Positions 9,491 through 18,080 of a DNA stretch of 32,000 nt are shown one piece after another. The stretch is from Thermofilum pendens Hrk 5. GTDB lineage: Archaea; Thermoproteota; Thermoprotei; Thermofilales; Thermofilaceae. The stretch covers positions 570,001 to 602,000 of the forward strand of contig NC_008698.1 in assembly GCF_000015225.1 (NCBI RefSeq), in the 5' to 3' direction. Under the pieces are notes generated by a model. That model worked only from the letters and a program-made list of their open reading frames with translations. It was not told the DNA's origin and did no database searches. A program made the translations under genes and the position numbers. The stretch's first letter is position 1. Each line of letters starts with the position of its first letter.

Positions 9491-10561
9491 TTAGCTGAGC
9501 TCTGTGACGCGCGGTGCACGCCCCCTCGCCGCTTTAAAGAAAAACTGTAACGGGTGCCTTATGTTTTCGCATCTCCACCTGCAGAGACCGTAAGACCTCA
9601 TGTTATCACACTTGTATGGGAGGTACTTAGTCCTGGAGCCGCGCATACCGGCTATGTGTTCCACTTGGTACCGGGCGATATCCTCCCGGTAGTCCGGCGA
9701 AAGCTTGAACACCTCCAGTACCTCGTCAACAGAGAACCCAACGCTTAGAAGGAAAGATGCAAGCGCAAACCTGGCGCTGTGAGGAAGGTTTTTCCCAGCC
9801 GAGATGTCCTGGATTATCGCGCGAATGCAGGGGGGAAAGAGGTCCTCCCTTTTACCCTTAGAGGCGTTCCTCGCATACGTTAACAGCTCCTCGCGTTGCT
9901 TAGACCAAATGCTGGCTATCTCTTCTACTGCGCTGTAAAGCTTAGGAGGTATCCTTGCCTCATCGACCTTAGTTTGCTCAATAAGCCTTAACACGTACTT
10001 TTTCACCCCGGTTTCTATGAGCCTCAGGAAACTCTCTTTTCGAACCTCCACGTAACCTTTATCCAGCAACCTGTTCACGAGCTTCCATTCCCCGGTGTAC
10101 TCTGGGACCCCAGAGAGGTAGTCCTTGTATCTCAACCTGATCAACGTTCCTTTTTCGTCTACGTCGAAGGACCATCCGAGAACAGAGCTAGCTATGTGGA
10201 AAGCTATCTCGATGCGTTCCTCCTTCTCTTCCTCTTTCAGGTTTTCACTCACTTTTTTAGAGAATGCTACGGCGAATCTTTCGCTCAGTGCGCTGTCGCC
10301 GATCTCGGAGAGAATAACTATGCATGTTAGAAAAGCAGGGACTTCGTTTTGGTAGTCGTCGATGGAAGGGTATTCGCCGCGCGTTATTACACTTTTTATT
10401 TTCTCTTTCGCGTCGTCTACCGCGTCGAACCTCTCTAGATCTTCAAGCGTTAACCCAGTCTCCCTGATGCTTTCTACAGCCTCTCTCAGGAAAGGGTATT
10501 TAGCGTAGTCCTTTGTATCTAATATAACTCTGATCGTGTGTGCGCTGGAGCTTGGCCACAT
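9491..10561 (-). CDS. priL: DNA primase large subunit PriL
   Basis: 356 aa. C-terminal Fe-S domain cysteines (PPCIRAI.. and YKCDNMRSYGLCRWRCENIRHP). Lies immediately upstream of priS in the same operon. Confidence 0.9.
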   Translation of the reverse strand: MWPSSSAHTIRVILDTKDYAKYPFLREAVESIRETGLTLEDLERFDAVDDAKEKIKSVITRGEYPSIDDYQNEVPAFLTCIVILSEIGDSALSERFAVAFSKKVSENLKEEEKEERIEIAFHIASSVLGWSFDVDEKGTLIRLRYKDYLSGVPEYTGEWKLVNRLLDKGYVEVRKESFLRLIETGVKKYVLRLIEQTKVDEARIPPKLYSAVEEIASIWSKQREELLTYARNASKGKREDLFPPCIRAIIQDISAGKNLPHSARFALASFLLSVGFSVDEVLEVFKLSPDYREDIARYQVEHIAGMRGSRTKYLPYKCDNMRSYGLCRWRCENIRHPLQFFFKAARGRAPRVTELS

Positions 10562-10572
10562 GATTAGGGCTC

Positions 10573-11316
10573 CTACTCCATTCTAGGAGCTAAAAGGTAC
10601 TTCAGTGTACCTCCGCCGGCTATGTCGAACGTCATTTCGAGAGGCATGTTCGTGGCAAAGCGCAGGCCGAGTATATCGCTGATCCTGTACGCCTTCGACA
10701 CTATCTTATCCAGGAAGTCTATCCCGTAGCTCGCCTCTGCCGCCTCTTTAACGTCTATCTCGACGAGGCTTCCCGTCTCTATGGAGAAGCGGCTCTCTAT
10801 CTCTCCTTTATCGCTTCTGGCCAGTAGCCACAGCGACTCGTCTTCTGCTTTGAGCTTAACGGACTCCGAGACGAGCGACGCGTCCTTTAACGCGTCCCTA
10901 AAAGTATCGCTCAGCATTTTAGCGGCTACTGTGAAGTTAAGCTTCGGTGATGGTAGCTCTTGCCCAGCTATATCTATCAACGGGAACTTAAACCTTCTCT
11001 CGGCTCTCCCGGATAGCGTTATGATCAGCCTGCCCTGGGATACCTCGAAGGATATTTTGTCGTCGCTTTTAGCCCTTTTGAGGACCTTGTCGATATCGTC
11101 TAGGACGGCGCTTATCTTCGTCTCCTGGTCTACCGAGTACTCTTCGAAGAGGTTCGAGGGTATGAAGAGGTCGACCATGGCGATACGTCCGGGGTCGAGC
11201 GCCCTCAGCTTCAGTCCCTCGGGCGATGCGACGAAGTTTGCCTCGTCGACTATTGTTGCAAGGCTCTCTATTATGTACTTCCATTCACGGGCATCAGGAA
11301 ATACGAATTTCACCAT
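10573..11316 (-). CDS. pcn: DNA polymerase sliding clamp PCNA
   Basis: 247 aa with a two-domain PCNA pattern (MVKFVFPDAREWKYIIESLATIVDEANFVASPEGLKLRALDPGRIAMVDL..). Forms an operon with priL-priS. Confidence 0.95.
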   Translation of the reverse strand: MVKFVFPDAREWKYIIESLATIVDEANFVASPEGLKLRALDPGRIAMVDLFIPSNLFEEYSVDQETKISAVLDDIDKVLKRAKSDDKISFEVSQGRLIITLSGRAERRFKFPLIDIAGQELPSPKLNFTVAAKMLSDTFRDALKDASLVSESVKLKAEDESLWLLARSDKGEIESRFSIETGSLVEIDVKEAAEASYGIDFLDKIVSKAYRISDILGLRFATNMPLEMTFDIAGGGTLKYLLAPRME

Positions 11317-11427
11317 TTTTCCACCAACCTTACAAGCATCAGGCTACATTAAAACCTATCATTAAGAATTGCCTGGTTTGAGCCAGTATAGAAGTTTTAA
11401 AGCTATGAGGTAGCTGTCTTCTTACGT

Positions 11428-11757
11428 CTAGGCGTACTCCCGGTAAACCTTCCTGCACTTTGTGCATATATAGAACCTAGTTGCAGGCTCGTCCCCAGCG
11501 CGTGTCTGTAGCTCGTAGACGTATGCTTTGTCGTTTCCGCAGTTCTCGCATTTAAAGCTAACAACGGGTAGCACTGATACGTCGACGTCTACGAGCGTGA
11601 CTACATCCTTCGGAGTTCTCTCAATCCTATGAGAGACTCTGTACGTCCCCGGGTTGCTCTTCTCCACTATGTAGCCGCACCGAGAGCAGCGGAGTACCTT
11701 CTTCCCGTTCACCACGCTCGGTACCATTAGCCCGCCACACTTAGGGCAAAACTCCAT
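11428..11757 (-). CDS. tfs: transcription factor S (TFIIS/RpoM-like cleavage factor)
   Basis: 109 aa. N-terminal Zn ribbon CPKCG..CSRCG and C-terminal TFIIS ribbon CENCG..QTRAGDEPATRFYICTKC with an acidic DE loop. Confidence 0.9.
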   Translation of the reverse strand: MEFCPKCGGLMVPSVVNGKKVLRCSRCGYIVEKSNPGTYRVSHRIERTPKDVVTLVDVDVSVLPVVSFKCENCGNDKAYVYELQTRAGDEPATRFYICTKCRKVYREYA

Positions 11758-11837
11758 GGAAAACCGCCTGAGTGATTCTCCGGGAGATGCAGCTATTTTA
11801 AGCTTTTGTTCCTCGAGAACCCGACGACGGACAAGTG

Positions 11838-12401
11838 TTAAACGCCTATACGCATGCGGGCACGGAGATAGCCGTCGATGAAAGCTGCGACGACGCTTTT
11901 CACGGCCTCAACGTCGAGGGGGTAAGTATTCACTACAAGGTCAGCTACTGTGTAATCGCGTATGTCCAAGTTGTAGTACCTTCTCGCTCTCTCATAGTTG
12001 CTCTTTTCTCTGATCTTTATCTCTTCGAGAGCCTTCTCCAGCGGTATGGACTCCCTCTGCGCTATTCTACGAGCCCGAACCTCTAGCGGGGCGTCAAAGA
12101 TCACTTTCACGTCCGCTATGTCTTTTAGGAGCCAGACGGCTAGGTGCCCCTCTATGACGACGTTCCCCTTTTTAGCCTCCTCGATGGCCCTAGAGTCTAC
12201 GGCTCTATCTATGTCTTCGTTTTCCTCGGCCATCGAGTGAAGCCGGATAAGGTCTACTCCAAGTTTTTTCGCCATTTCTCGGAATAGAGAGCCGCTTGAG
12301 ACGTATCTCAGATTGTATCTTTCGGCGATAAACCGGGCATACGTGGTCTTTCCGCTCCCAGGAGTCCCGCTTACCGCTACTACTAGCCGGAGGGTCTCCA
12401 T
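11838..12401 (-). CDS. cmk: archaeal-type cytidylate (CMP) kinase
   Basis: 187 aa. P-loop VSGTPGSGKTT, then YVSSGSLFREMAKKLG typical of archaeal Cmk. ATG lies about 25 nt after a TATA box (leaderless spacing). Confidence 0.85.
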   Translation of the reverse strand: METLRLVVAVSGTPGSGKTTYARFIAERYNLRYVSSGSLFREMAKKLGVDLIRLHSMAEENEDIDRAVDSRAIEEAKKGNVVIEGHLAVWLLKDIADVKVIFDAPLEVRARRIAQRESIPLEKALEEIKIREKSNYERARRYYNLDIRDYTVADLVVNTYPLDVEAVKSVVAAFIDGYLRARMRIGV

Positions 12402-12504
12402 AGGGATTGGATGATATGCGCGATAAAAAGTTTGATGCGTGCTCGCGCGCGAAAAATATATAGCCTTACTTTTTAGCCCTCAATCAGCCAGGGTGGTGAG
12501 GGTC
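12402..12504. promoter_or_regulatory. divergent promoter region cmk <-> rpl34e
   Basis: TATA-like ACTTTTTATC on the minus strand (12422-12431). CGCGCGCG run (12444-12451). TATA-like AAAAATATATAG on the plus strand (12452-12463). SD-like GGTGGTGAGG (12492-12501) before ATG 12505. Confidence 0.55.
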
Positions 12505-12780
12505 ATGCCTCGCCCCGCGCTCAGGTCGAGAAGCAAGAAGAGGAAGCTTGTGAGGACACCCGGTGGGAGGCTAGCTCTCCACGTGATAGATAAAAAACAC
12601 GATTACCCAAAGTGTGCTATCTGCGGTCGGCCCATACAAGGAGTACCAAAGCTTACCAGTAGGCTTGAGCGGAGAGGAGTACGCATGCCCACGAGGCCTT
12701 ACGGTGGCTATCTTTGCCACGAGTGTTTAAGGAAGGGAATTAAGCTATCTGTTTGGATGTCTGCATCTAAACAGGAGTAG
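12505..12780 (+). CDS. rpl34e: 50S ribosomal protein L34e
   Basis: MPRPALRSRSKKRKLVRTPGGR.. with a CAICG..CHEC zinc motif. The internal ATG preceded by an SD-like GGTGAGG is preferred over the track start 12439. Confidence 0.9.
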   Translation: MPRPALRSRSKKRKLVRTPGGRLALHVIDKKHDYPKCAICGRPIQGVPKLTSRLERRGVRMPTRPYGGYLCHECLRKGIKLSVWMSASKQE

Positions 12781-12836
12781 GTGGCAAACAACCCTTTATA
12801 TAGCGTATACTTTTTGATCATTGCTATTGAGGCGCG

Positions 12837-14108
12837 TTGAGGATGAGTAGCGAGGGGGTAATCGAGGGCTGGGTTTCCAACGTGAAAATTTTAGGAAAGA
12901 TAGCGTTCATAGAGGTAATAGATGGCCTGAACCTTTCCCCGATAACCGTAGTCGTGAGGAAGGACTCGGGGAGCGTTGACTGGAGCAAGGTTTCGGCGGT
13001 CAAGCTGGGCTCGGCTATCAGAGTGAAAGGGGTGTACCCGGAGAAGGTTGTAAGCAAGAAAGGTAGAGAGATACACGCCGATGAGATTGAAATTCTCGCA
13101 GAGCCTAGAGACCTCCCGCCAATAGACGTAACCGGTAAGACCCCTGCAAGTTTCGAGGATTACATTAACTACCGCTATCTAGCGCTACGCCTGCCAAGGG
13201 TGCGCGCCGCTTTTCTCGCCAGGAGCTTGATAGTCAACGAGATTAGGAGTTTCTTCTCGGAGAGAGGCTTTCTCGAAGTTCACACCCCAAAGATAGTGAA
13301 AGCCGGCGCAGAGGGAGGAGCAACGCTCTTCGAGGTAGATTACTTCGGAGTAAAGGCTTACCTGGCTCAAAGCCCGCAGCTCTACAAGCAGATGCTCATG
13401 TGCGGTGTTCCCAGGGTCTTCGAGATAGGACCTTTCTTCCGGGCGGAGAAGTTCAGCACGACACGCCACCTGAACGAGAGCTGGGGGCTCGACGTCGAGA
13501 TGGGGTTCATCAAGGGAATGGAGGACGTACTGGAGGTGCTTTCTCAACTCGTGGTTCACCTGTCGCATAAGCTTAACGAAAGGCTTGGGGACGCGTTGCG
13601 GGGCCTAGGCTACAACGTTATTAAGCCGGTGACAAGCGTCCGTGTTTTAACGTACGATGAGGCTCTCGAAGTACTTAACTCTCTGGGCTTCAACCTAAAG
13701 TGGGGGGAGGACTTTGACCCTAAGGCCGAGAAGTCTTTGGGCGACTATCTAGAGGAGAAAGGTGTCCAGGCTTACTTTATAGTGGATTACCCGTGGGAGT
13801 CGAAGCCTTTCTACATAATGAAGAAAGACGAGAAAAGGGGCTACGCGTTCGACCTTGATATCCGCGGTATAGAGGTAGCATCTGGGGGGCAGAGGGAGCA
13901 TCGCTACGAGGTTCTCCGCCAAAACCTCCTGGAGAAGGGGCTCAACCCTGAAGATTTCAGCTTCTACCTAGAGGCCTTCAAGTACGGAATGCCTCCTCAC
14001 GGTGGCTTCGGACTGGGTATAGACAGGCTCGTAATGACGTTTCTCGGAGTTCAGAACATAAGGGAAACAGTGCTATTTCCGAGGGACCGCTTCAGGCTAG
14101 TGCCGTAG
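12837..14108 (+). CDS. aspS: aspartyl-tRNA synthetase (archaeal class IIb; discriminating status unknown)
   Basis: 423 aa. N-terminal OB anticodon-binding domain; class II motifs FRAEKFSTTRHLNE, QSPQLYKQMLM and GGFGLGIDRLVM. The start is TTG 12837 or ATG 12843. Confidence 0.9.
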   Translation: MRMSSEGVIEGWVSNVKILGKIAFIEVIDGLNLSPITVVVRKDSGSVDWSKVSAVKLGSAIRVKGVYPEKVVSKKGREIHADEIEILAEPRDLPPIDVTGKTPASFEDYINYRYLALRLPRVRAAFLARSLIVNEIRSFFSERGFLEVHTPKIVKAGAEGGATLFEVDYFGVKAYLAQSPQLYKQMLMCGVPRVFEIGPFFRAEKFSTTRHLNESWGLDVEMGFIKGMEDVLEVLSQLVVHLSHKLNERLGDALRGLGYNVIKPVTSVRVLTYDEALEVLNSLGFNLKWGEDFDPKAEKSLGDYLEEKGVQAYFIVDYPWESKPFYIMKKDEKRGYAFDLDIRGIEVASGGQREHRYEVLRQNLLEKGLNPEDFSFYLEAFKYGMPPHGGFGLGIDRLVMTFLGVQNIRETVLFPRDRFRLVP

Positions 14109-14109
14109 T

Positions 14110-14433
14110 ATGGTCACAGAAAAGTCTCTCGAACTGCATGCTCGAAGGGCTATCGCGGAGAAGAGGGTAAAACTCGTGAAGATCAAGGGAGCATACGGCG
14201 CTAGCGAGCTTTTCCTCGTGGAGAGCACGGATAGGAAAAAGGTGTATGTAGTAATCCCGGGAGTGTATTGCTCCTGCCCGGATTTCCTATTCCACGTACA
14301 CCTGGAGAGGAGCAGGAAGAAGTGCTACCACATGGTTGCAGTTGAGTTGGCTATACGCGAGAAGAAATACGTGGAGGAGGAAATAGAAGAGGACCGGCTG
14401 ACCGAGCTTGTAGTGAAATCCTTCTTGGAATAG
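14110..14433 (+). CDS. small SWIM-type zinc-finger protein
   Basis: 107 aa. CxCx16CxH signature (CSCPDFLFHVHLERSRKKCYH). The ATG lies 1 nt after the aspS stop, suggesting translational coupling. Confidence 0.6.
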   Translation: MVTEKSLELHARRAIAEKRVKLVKIKGAYGASELFLVESTDRKKVYVVIPGVYCSCPDFLFHVHLERSRKKCYHMVAVELAIREKKYVEEEIEEDRLTELVVKSFLE

Positions 14434-14520
14434 CCGCGCCCCTCAAGAACTCCCTGAAGAGCTTGCGTCGCGCGCGTAATGCTCTTAATAGGCTACTTCG
14501 GTATAGCTTTAGAAACAAGG

Positions 14521-15939
14521 ATGGACGAGTATAGCTGGCACGAAACTCCCCCGGAGGAAATCCTTATCGAGGAGATACTCAGACATAAGAGGAACCTTAC
14601 TCGGGAGGATCTCGAAAGGTTGATAAGAGAAAAGATAGAGGATTTCGGGGGCGTGATAAAGCGCGAAGCCGCAGTTTACCTACTAGCAAAGGAGATGGGG
14701 ATAAACTTCCTGAGAGAATTCCTGCCTGCATCTCTCACCGCTTTAAGGGTCAGGGACCTAGCCGTAGGCCTTAGAAACGTTGACGTGGAGGGGGTAGTGG
14801 TTTCCATGTACCCTCTCAGCGTTACTTCCGGCGGGAAGCAGTACCTACGCTTTGCGCTGGCGGATAGAGAGGCTATTATATGGTCGGTGGCGTGGGGAGA
14901 GAAGGCTTTGGAGCTTTCCGGCATGTTAACAGTCGGCAAAAAGGTGCTCGTGAAAGCAGTATCGGTGAAGAAGTACAGGGAGAAGAACGAGCTCATCATA
15001 GATAAGAACTCGAGCGTAGAAGTCTTGGGAGACGTTAGCTTCGACGAGTTACTAAGAATCGCGAAAACGCACTCCCTAAGGCTTCACGCGTTAAGCGTTG
15101 TCCACGTAGCCAAGGAATCCGGGCGGATTTTCCTCTACGGGTTCGACGAGGAGTGCAACCCTGCGGTAGCCGTACTCCCTGTCTTGGACAGGTTTTCCTT
15201 GGAAATAACTCCGGGGAGCACATTGTTGCTCGACAACTGCGGGAGGAGCACTGTAGGTGAGTACAACTACCTGGTGTGCAGGGAAAACTCAAACGTGCTC
15301 AAGGTTCAACGACGAGATGGGTGTAGCGATACGCATGCTTCACGCTTCTACCTAGAAGGATACGTTCTGGGCTTCGAAATTTTCCGTAGAGAGGGTGGAA
15401 GGGTGTACCTCCTTGTAAACGGTAAGCCTGAACCCTTGGTGCTATTCAGGGATTCCCTATTAAGCTCTCTCGCTGCGCTTTCGGCGAGAAAAGCAAGGAT
15501 CTGGGGGCTGCGAAGAACAGACGGAACTCTTCGCGAAGCCCCTTTTACCCAGGTGGAAGCTCTCGGAGAACAGTTGCAACTTCAGGTTGTTAAAGGCAAG
15601 AAGCTCCTGGAGTGTAGCGGCCTGCTTGAAGCAACGCTTACTCTTGTCAGTGCGGATCTAAGGTTTAGATGCATAGATGGTAGACCTCTCTATACAGTCT
15701 ACCTCGTGTTCGACGATGGCACGGCTACGATTAGAGCTGTATCGAACTCGCCGCAGATACTCGAAGAGGTCTATGAGCTCCAGGAAAGCGACCTCTGCGA
15801 ACTGGAAAGCTCTGTCATCGAGAAGATAAAGACTTACCGTGTAGAGAGAATCGGCGGGCTCGAGTACGCCACAAAGATTTTTGTAAACAAGTTTTCTCCG
15901 AAAACTGGATTCGTGTTTTCGCTACGCTCTCTAGGATGA
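14521..15939 (+). CDS. RPA-like multi-OB-fold protein (putative ssDNA-binding)
   Basis: The N-terminal helical module (..LTREDLERLIREKIEDFGGVIKREAAVYLLAKEMGINF) resembles the N-terminus of euryarchaeal RPA41. It is followed by an OB-like segment (LRVRDL..VDVEGVVVSMYP....LRFALADREAIIWSVAWGEKA...GKKVLVKAVSVKKYREKNELI), with more beta-rich repeats downstream. Assignment is by eye only. Confidence 0.45.
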   Translation: MDEYSWHETPPEEILIEEILRHKRNLTREDLERLIREKIEDFGGVIKREAAVYLLAKEMGINFLREFLPASLTALRVRDLAVGLRNVDVEGVVVSMYPLSVTSGGKQYLRFALADREAIIWSVAWGEKALELSGMLTVGKKVLVKAVSVKKYREKNELIIDKNSSVEVLGDVSFDELLRIAKTHSLRLHALSVVHVAKESGRIFLYGFDEECNPAVAVLPVLDRFSLEITPGSTLLLDNCGRSTVGEYNYLVCRENSNVLKVQRRDGCSDTHASRFYLEGYVLGFEIFRREGGRVYLLVNGKPEPLVLFRDSLLSSLAALSARKARIWGLRRTDGTLREAPFTQVEALGEQLQLQVVKGKKLLECSGLLEATLTLVSADLRFRCIDGRPLYTVYLVFDDGTATIRAVSNSPQILEEVYELQESDLCELESSVIEKIKTYRVERIGGLEYATKIFVNKFSPKTGFVFSLRSLG

Positions 15940-15967
15940 TGAGAGGAGCTTTATTCCTAGTTTCGCG

Positions 15968-16617
15968 CGCCCTCGCTCAATGGCGACTCGGTGGCGCTGA
16001 CGACCGCCTTCCTGGGAGACGACGGGCTCAAGTACTTTCTAAGGCTTAGATGGCTCTACTTCAGGGCTGGACAGGAGCACATCTACTTGCCGACGGAGAG
16101 CCCTGTTTTCAATGCCCGCTTAGCGGTCGAGCTTGCCTCTGAGTACGTTAAGTTCATCTCGTTGGCGATGAAGTGTCCAAAGATTAAACACTTCCTCTTC
16201 GTCGGCTTCGGAGCACCAGGCAAGAGGAGTAAGAAAAACGGGCAGAAGAACAACCCGTTCTACGCCGAGGTGGCAGGGGCGCAACTACACCTTGTTTACA
16301 TTTCTACGAAGAACCACGTCTACGCCCGTATTGTGGTCAACGACACGCCTCAAGGCTGGTACGAGAAGGCAATCGAGGAGGGCTGGGTTGTGCGTACAAT
16401 TAGTATGGGTGACAGGGAGTACTACCAGGTTACACACGCCTCTTTGATGGAGCACGCCCGTTACGACGCGGCTCTGCGTGAAACATTGATAGCCTTCGCG
16501 AAGGCGAAAGCCGAGCAGTACCCCAAGGCGCAGAGCCTCGTAGAACGCCTCGAAAAGCTGGGAAACCAAGACAGCTAAAGCGGAAAACCGCCAAGAAAAA
16601 GGCGCCCCGCCCCCCGC
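15968..16617 (+). repeat. 5'-truncated copy (copy A) of the multicopy unit, homologous to 27517-28164
   Basis: Collinear nucleotide and protein homology to the 3' third of the full copy, including identical blocks 16033-16063 = 27582-27612 (31 nt) and 16513-16556 = 28062-28105 (44 nt), plus the related C-rich tail 16576-16617. Confidence 0.85.
15991..16578 (+). CDS. stand-alone paralog of the C-terminal domain of the 483-aa multicopy-family protein (possibly a gene fragment)
   Basis: The intact 195-aa ORF aligns end to end with residues ~290-483 of ORF 26673..28124 (e.g. YFLRLRWLYF, NARLAVE.ASEYV, FYAEVAGA.LHLVYISTKNHVYARI, REYYQVTH, KAEQYPKAQSLVERLEKLG). GTG start follows a CTTTATTCC box (15949-15957). 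Confidence 0.6.
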   Translation: MALTTAFLGDDGLKYFLRLRWLYFRAGQEHIYLPTESPVFNARLAVELASEYVKFISLAMKCPKIKHFLFVGFGAPGKRSKKNGQKNNPFYAEVAGAQLHLVYISTKNHVYARIVVNDTPQGWYEKAIEEGWVVRTISMGDREYYQVTHASLMEHARYDAALRETLIAFAKAKAEQYPKAQSLVERLEKLGNQDS

Positions 16618-16658
16618 AGGGTTTATAACGTCAGAAAAAGTTGTTAAGCTGAGTTTAG

Positions 16659-16979
16659 ATGGGCAGAAGGAGGAAAAAGCGTGCTCGTAGAGTGGTCGTA
16701 GTTAAACGCAAGCTACCTACGGTCTTCCAATGCCCGAGATGTGGAGCCTCTGCCGTTGGTGTCTCAGTTAAGAAGGGGGGACGGGAAAACTACGTAGTTG
16801 TATCCTGCTCTAATTGCGGGTTGAAGGCTAGGTACGATTATGTTGAGTACCTAGAGCCGGTAGACTATTTTAGCCGTTTCCTGGACGACTATGAGGCTGG
16901 AAAAATTCCTTTAGAGGGATCCGTGAGTGGGGGATCTGATGAGGGGGCGAGTGAAGAACTACATACTGGAGAAGATTAG
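16659..16979 (+). CDS. elf1: transcription elongation factor Elf1 homolog (zinc ribbon)
   Basis: Basic N-terminus MGRRRKKRARR, then FQCPRCG..SCSNCG and the EPVDYFSRFLD motif as in eukaryotic Elf1. ATG lies about 30 nt after GGTTTATAAC. The acidic tail overlaps the next gene. Confidence 0.8.
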   Translation: MGRRRKKRARRVVVVKRKLPTVFQCPRCGASAVGVSVKKGGRENYVVVSCSNCGLKARYDYVEYLEPVDYFSRFLDDYEAGKIPLEGSVSGGSDEGASEELHTGED

Positions 16980-17706
16980 AGAGCATGGAGCTATCCACAT
17001 GACTCTCATAGACCCTGAGAAAACTACCCCAGAGGTAGCGGCGAGGATAGCCCGCGAGGTCGCCGAGGCAGGGACTTCGGCGATCATGGTCGGCGGAAGC
17101 ATCGGCGTAAGCGAGGCAATGACGGACGAAGTTGTGCTAGCGATCAAGCGGTCCACCGAGGTCCCGGTAATCCTGTTTCCCGGCTCTCCCACGGCTCTCA
17201 GCAGGCACGCGGACGCCGTATGGTTCCTGTCCGTGTTGAACTCCCAGAATCCGTATTTTATCACCGGTGCTCAGATGCAGGGAGCCCCCATAGTTAAGCG
17301 GTACGGCCTAGAGGTTCTTCCACTGGGCTACATAATAGTGGGCGAAGGGGGCGCAGTCTCCATAGTGAGCTACACTAGGCCGTTACCCTTCGCTAAGCCT
17401 GAGGTCGTGGCTGCCTATGCCCTGGCAGCGGAGTACATGGGCTTCCAGTTCGTGTACCTTGAAGGAGGCTCTGGGGGAGAGCCTGTACCGCCGAAAATCG
17501 TGAAAATGGTCAAGGGTGTCACTACGCTTCCGCTCATTGTCGGCGGAGGCATAAGGTCTCCTGAAGTTGCAAAGGAACTTGCCAAGGCAGGCGCCGACAT
17601 AATCGTTACTGGAACAATAGTGGAGGAATCCGAGAACATTAGGGAAACAATAGGCAGGATAGTGCGTGCCACCAGAGAGGGCGCCTTGGAGAGATCCAGG
17701 GAGTGA
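16939..17706 (+). CDS. pcrB: geranylgeranylglyceryl phosphate synthase (PcrB family)
   Basis: HMTLIDPEK, MVGGS, FVYLEGGSGG and IVGGGIRS motifs of GGGPS. The start is ATG 16939 or GTG 16927. Confidence 0.9.
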   Translation: MRGRVKNYILEKIREHGAIHMTLIDPEKTTPEVAARIAREVAEAGTSAIMVGGSIGVSEAMTDEVVLAIKRSTEVPVILFPGSPTALSRHADAVWFLSVLNSQNPYFITGAQMQGAPIVKRYGLEVLPLGYIIVGEGGAVSIVSYTRPLPFAKPEVVAAYALAAEYMGFQFVYLEGGSGGEPVPPKIVKMVKGVTTLPLIVGGGIRSPEVAKELAKAGADIIVTGTIVEESENIRETIGRIVRATREGALERSRE

Positions 17707-17768
17707 AGACACTCTGAGTTGACTGCTCCACTTTGCTATCTTTCTTCCGCCGCGCGTTATCCAGCTGC

Positions 17769-17966
17769 TCAGAGCACACCTGCATGGGCCAGGAGGACTA
17801 GTATTACTAACAGGAATGTTCCGGCTATCACAAGTTCTGGTCTAACCTTTATTCCACCTATATCTTCCTCGTAGAATGTGAGCAGACCGGCGGCAGGTAG
17901 CGCTGTGGGCTTTCTTTCCTTGCCACCTTCCTTCTTCTCCCCAGACTTCTTCTCCTTGCTAGACAT
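17769..17966 (-). CDS. secG: preprotein translocase subunit Sec61beta (archaeal SecG)
   Basis: Lys-rich N-terminus, then AAGLLTFYEEDIGGIKVRPELVIAGTFLLVILVLLAH, matching the archaeal Sec61beta pattern with a single C-terminal TM. Start MSSKEKK is preferred over 17978. Confidence 0.8.
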   Translation of the reverse strand: MSSKEKKSGEKKEGGKERKPTALPAAGLLTFYEEDIGGIKVRPELVIAGTFLLVILVLLAHAGVL

Positions 17967-18080
17967 ACCATTGTACACTATCGTGCGGGCAAAAATACTT
18001 AACGATGCGCAGAACAGCGGCGCGCTTTTACAGGGGGTACTGCTACTCGCGCGCTTACTTTGATAACATTATAGATTGCC

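Noticed and set aside
15935-16000. Possible C/D box sRNA (ATGATGA at 15935-15941 ... CTGA at 15996-15999)
   Set aside because: The C-box-like heptamer spans the stop codon of the upstream gene. There are no credible internal D'/C' boxes at about 12-nt guide spacing. The region is better explained as the promoter and 5' edge of the truncated repeat copy.
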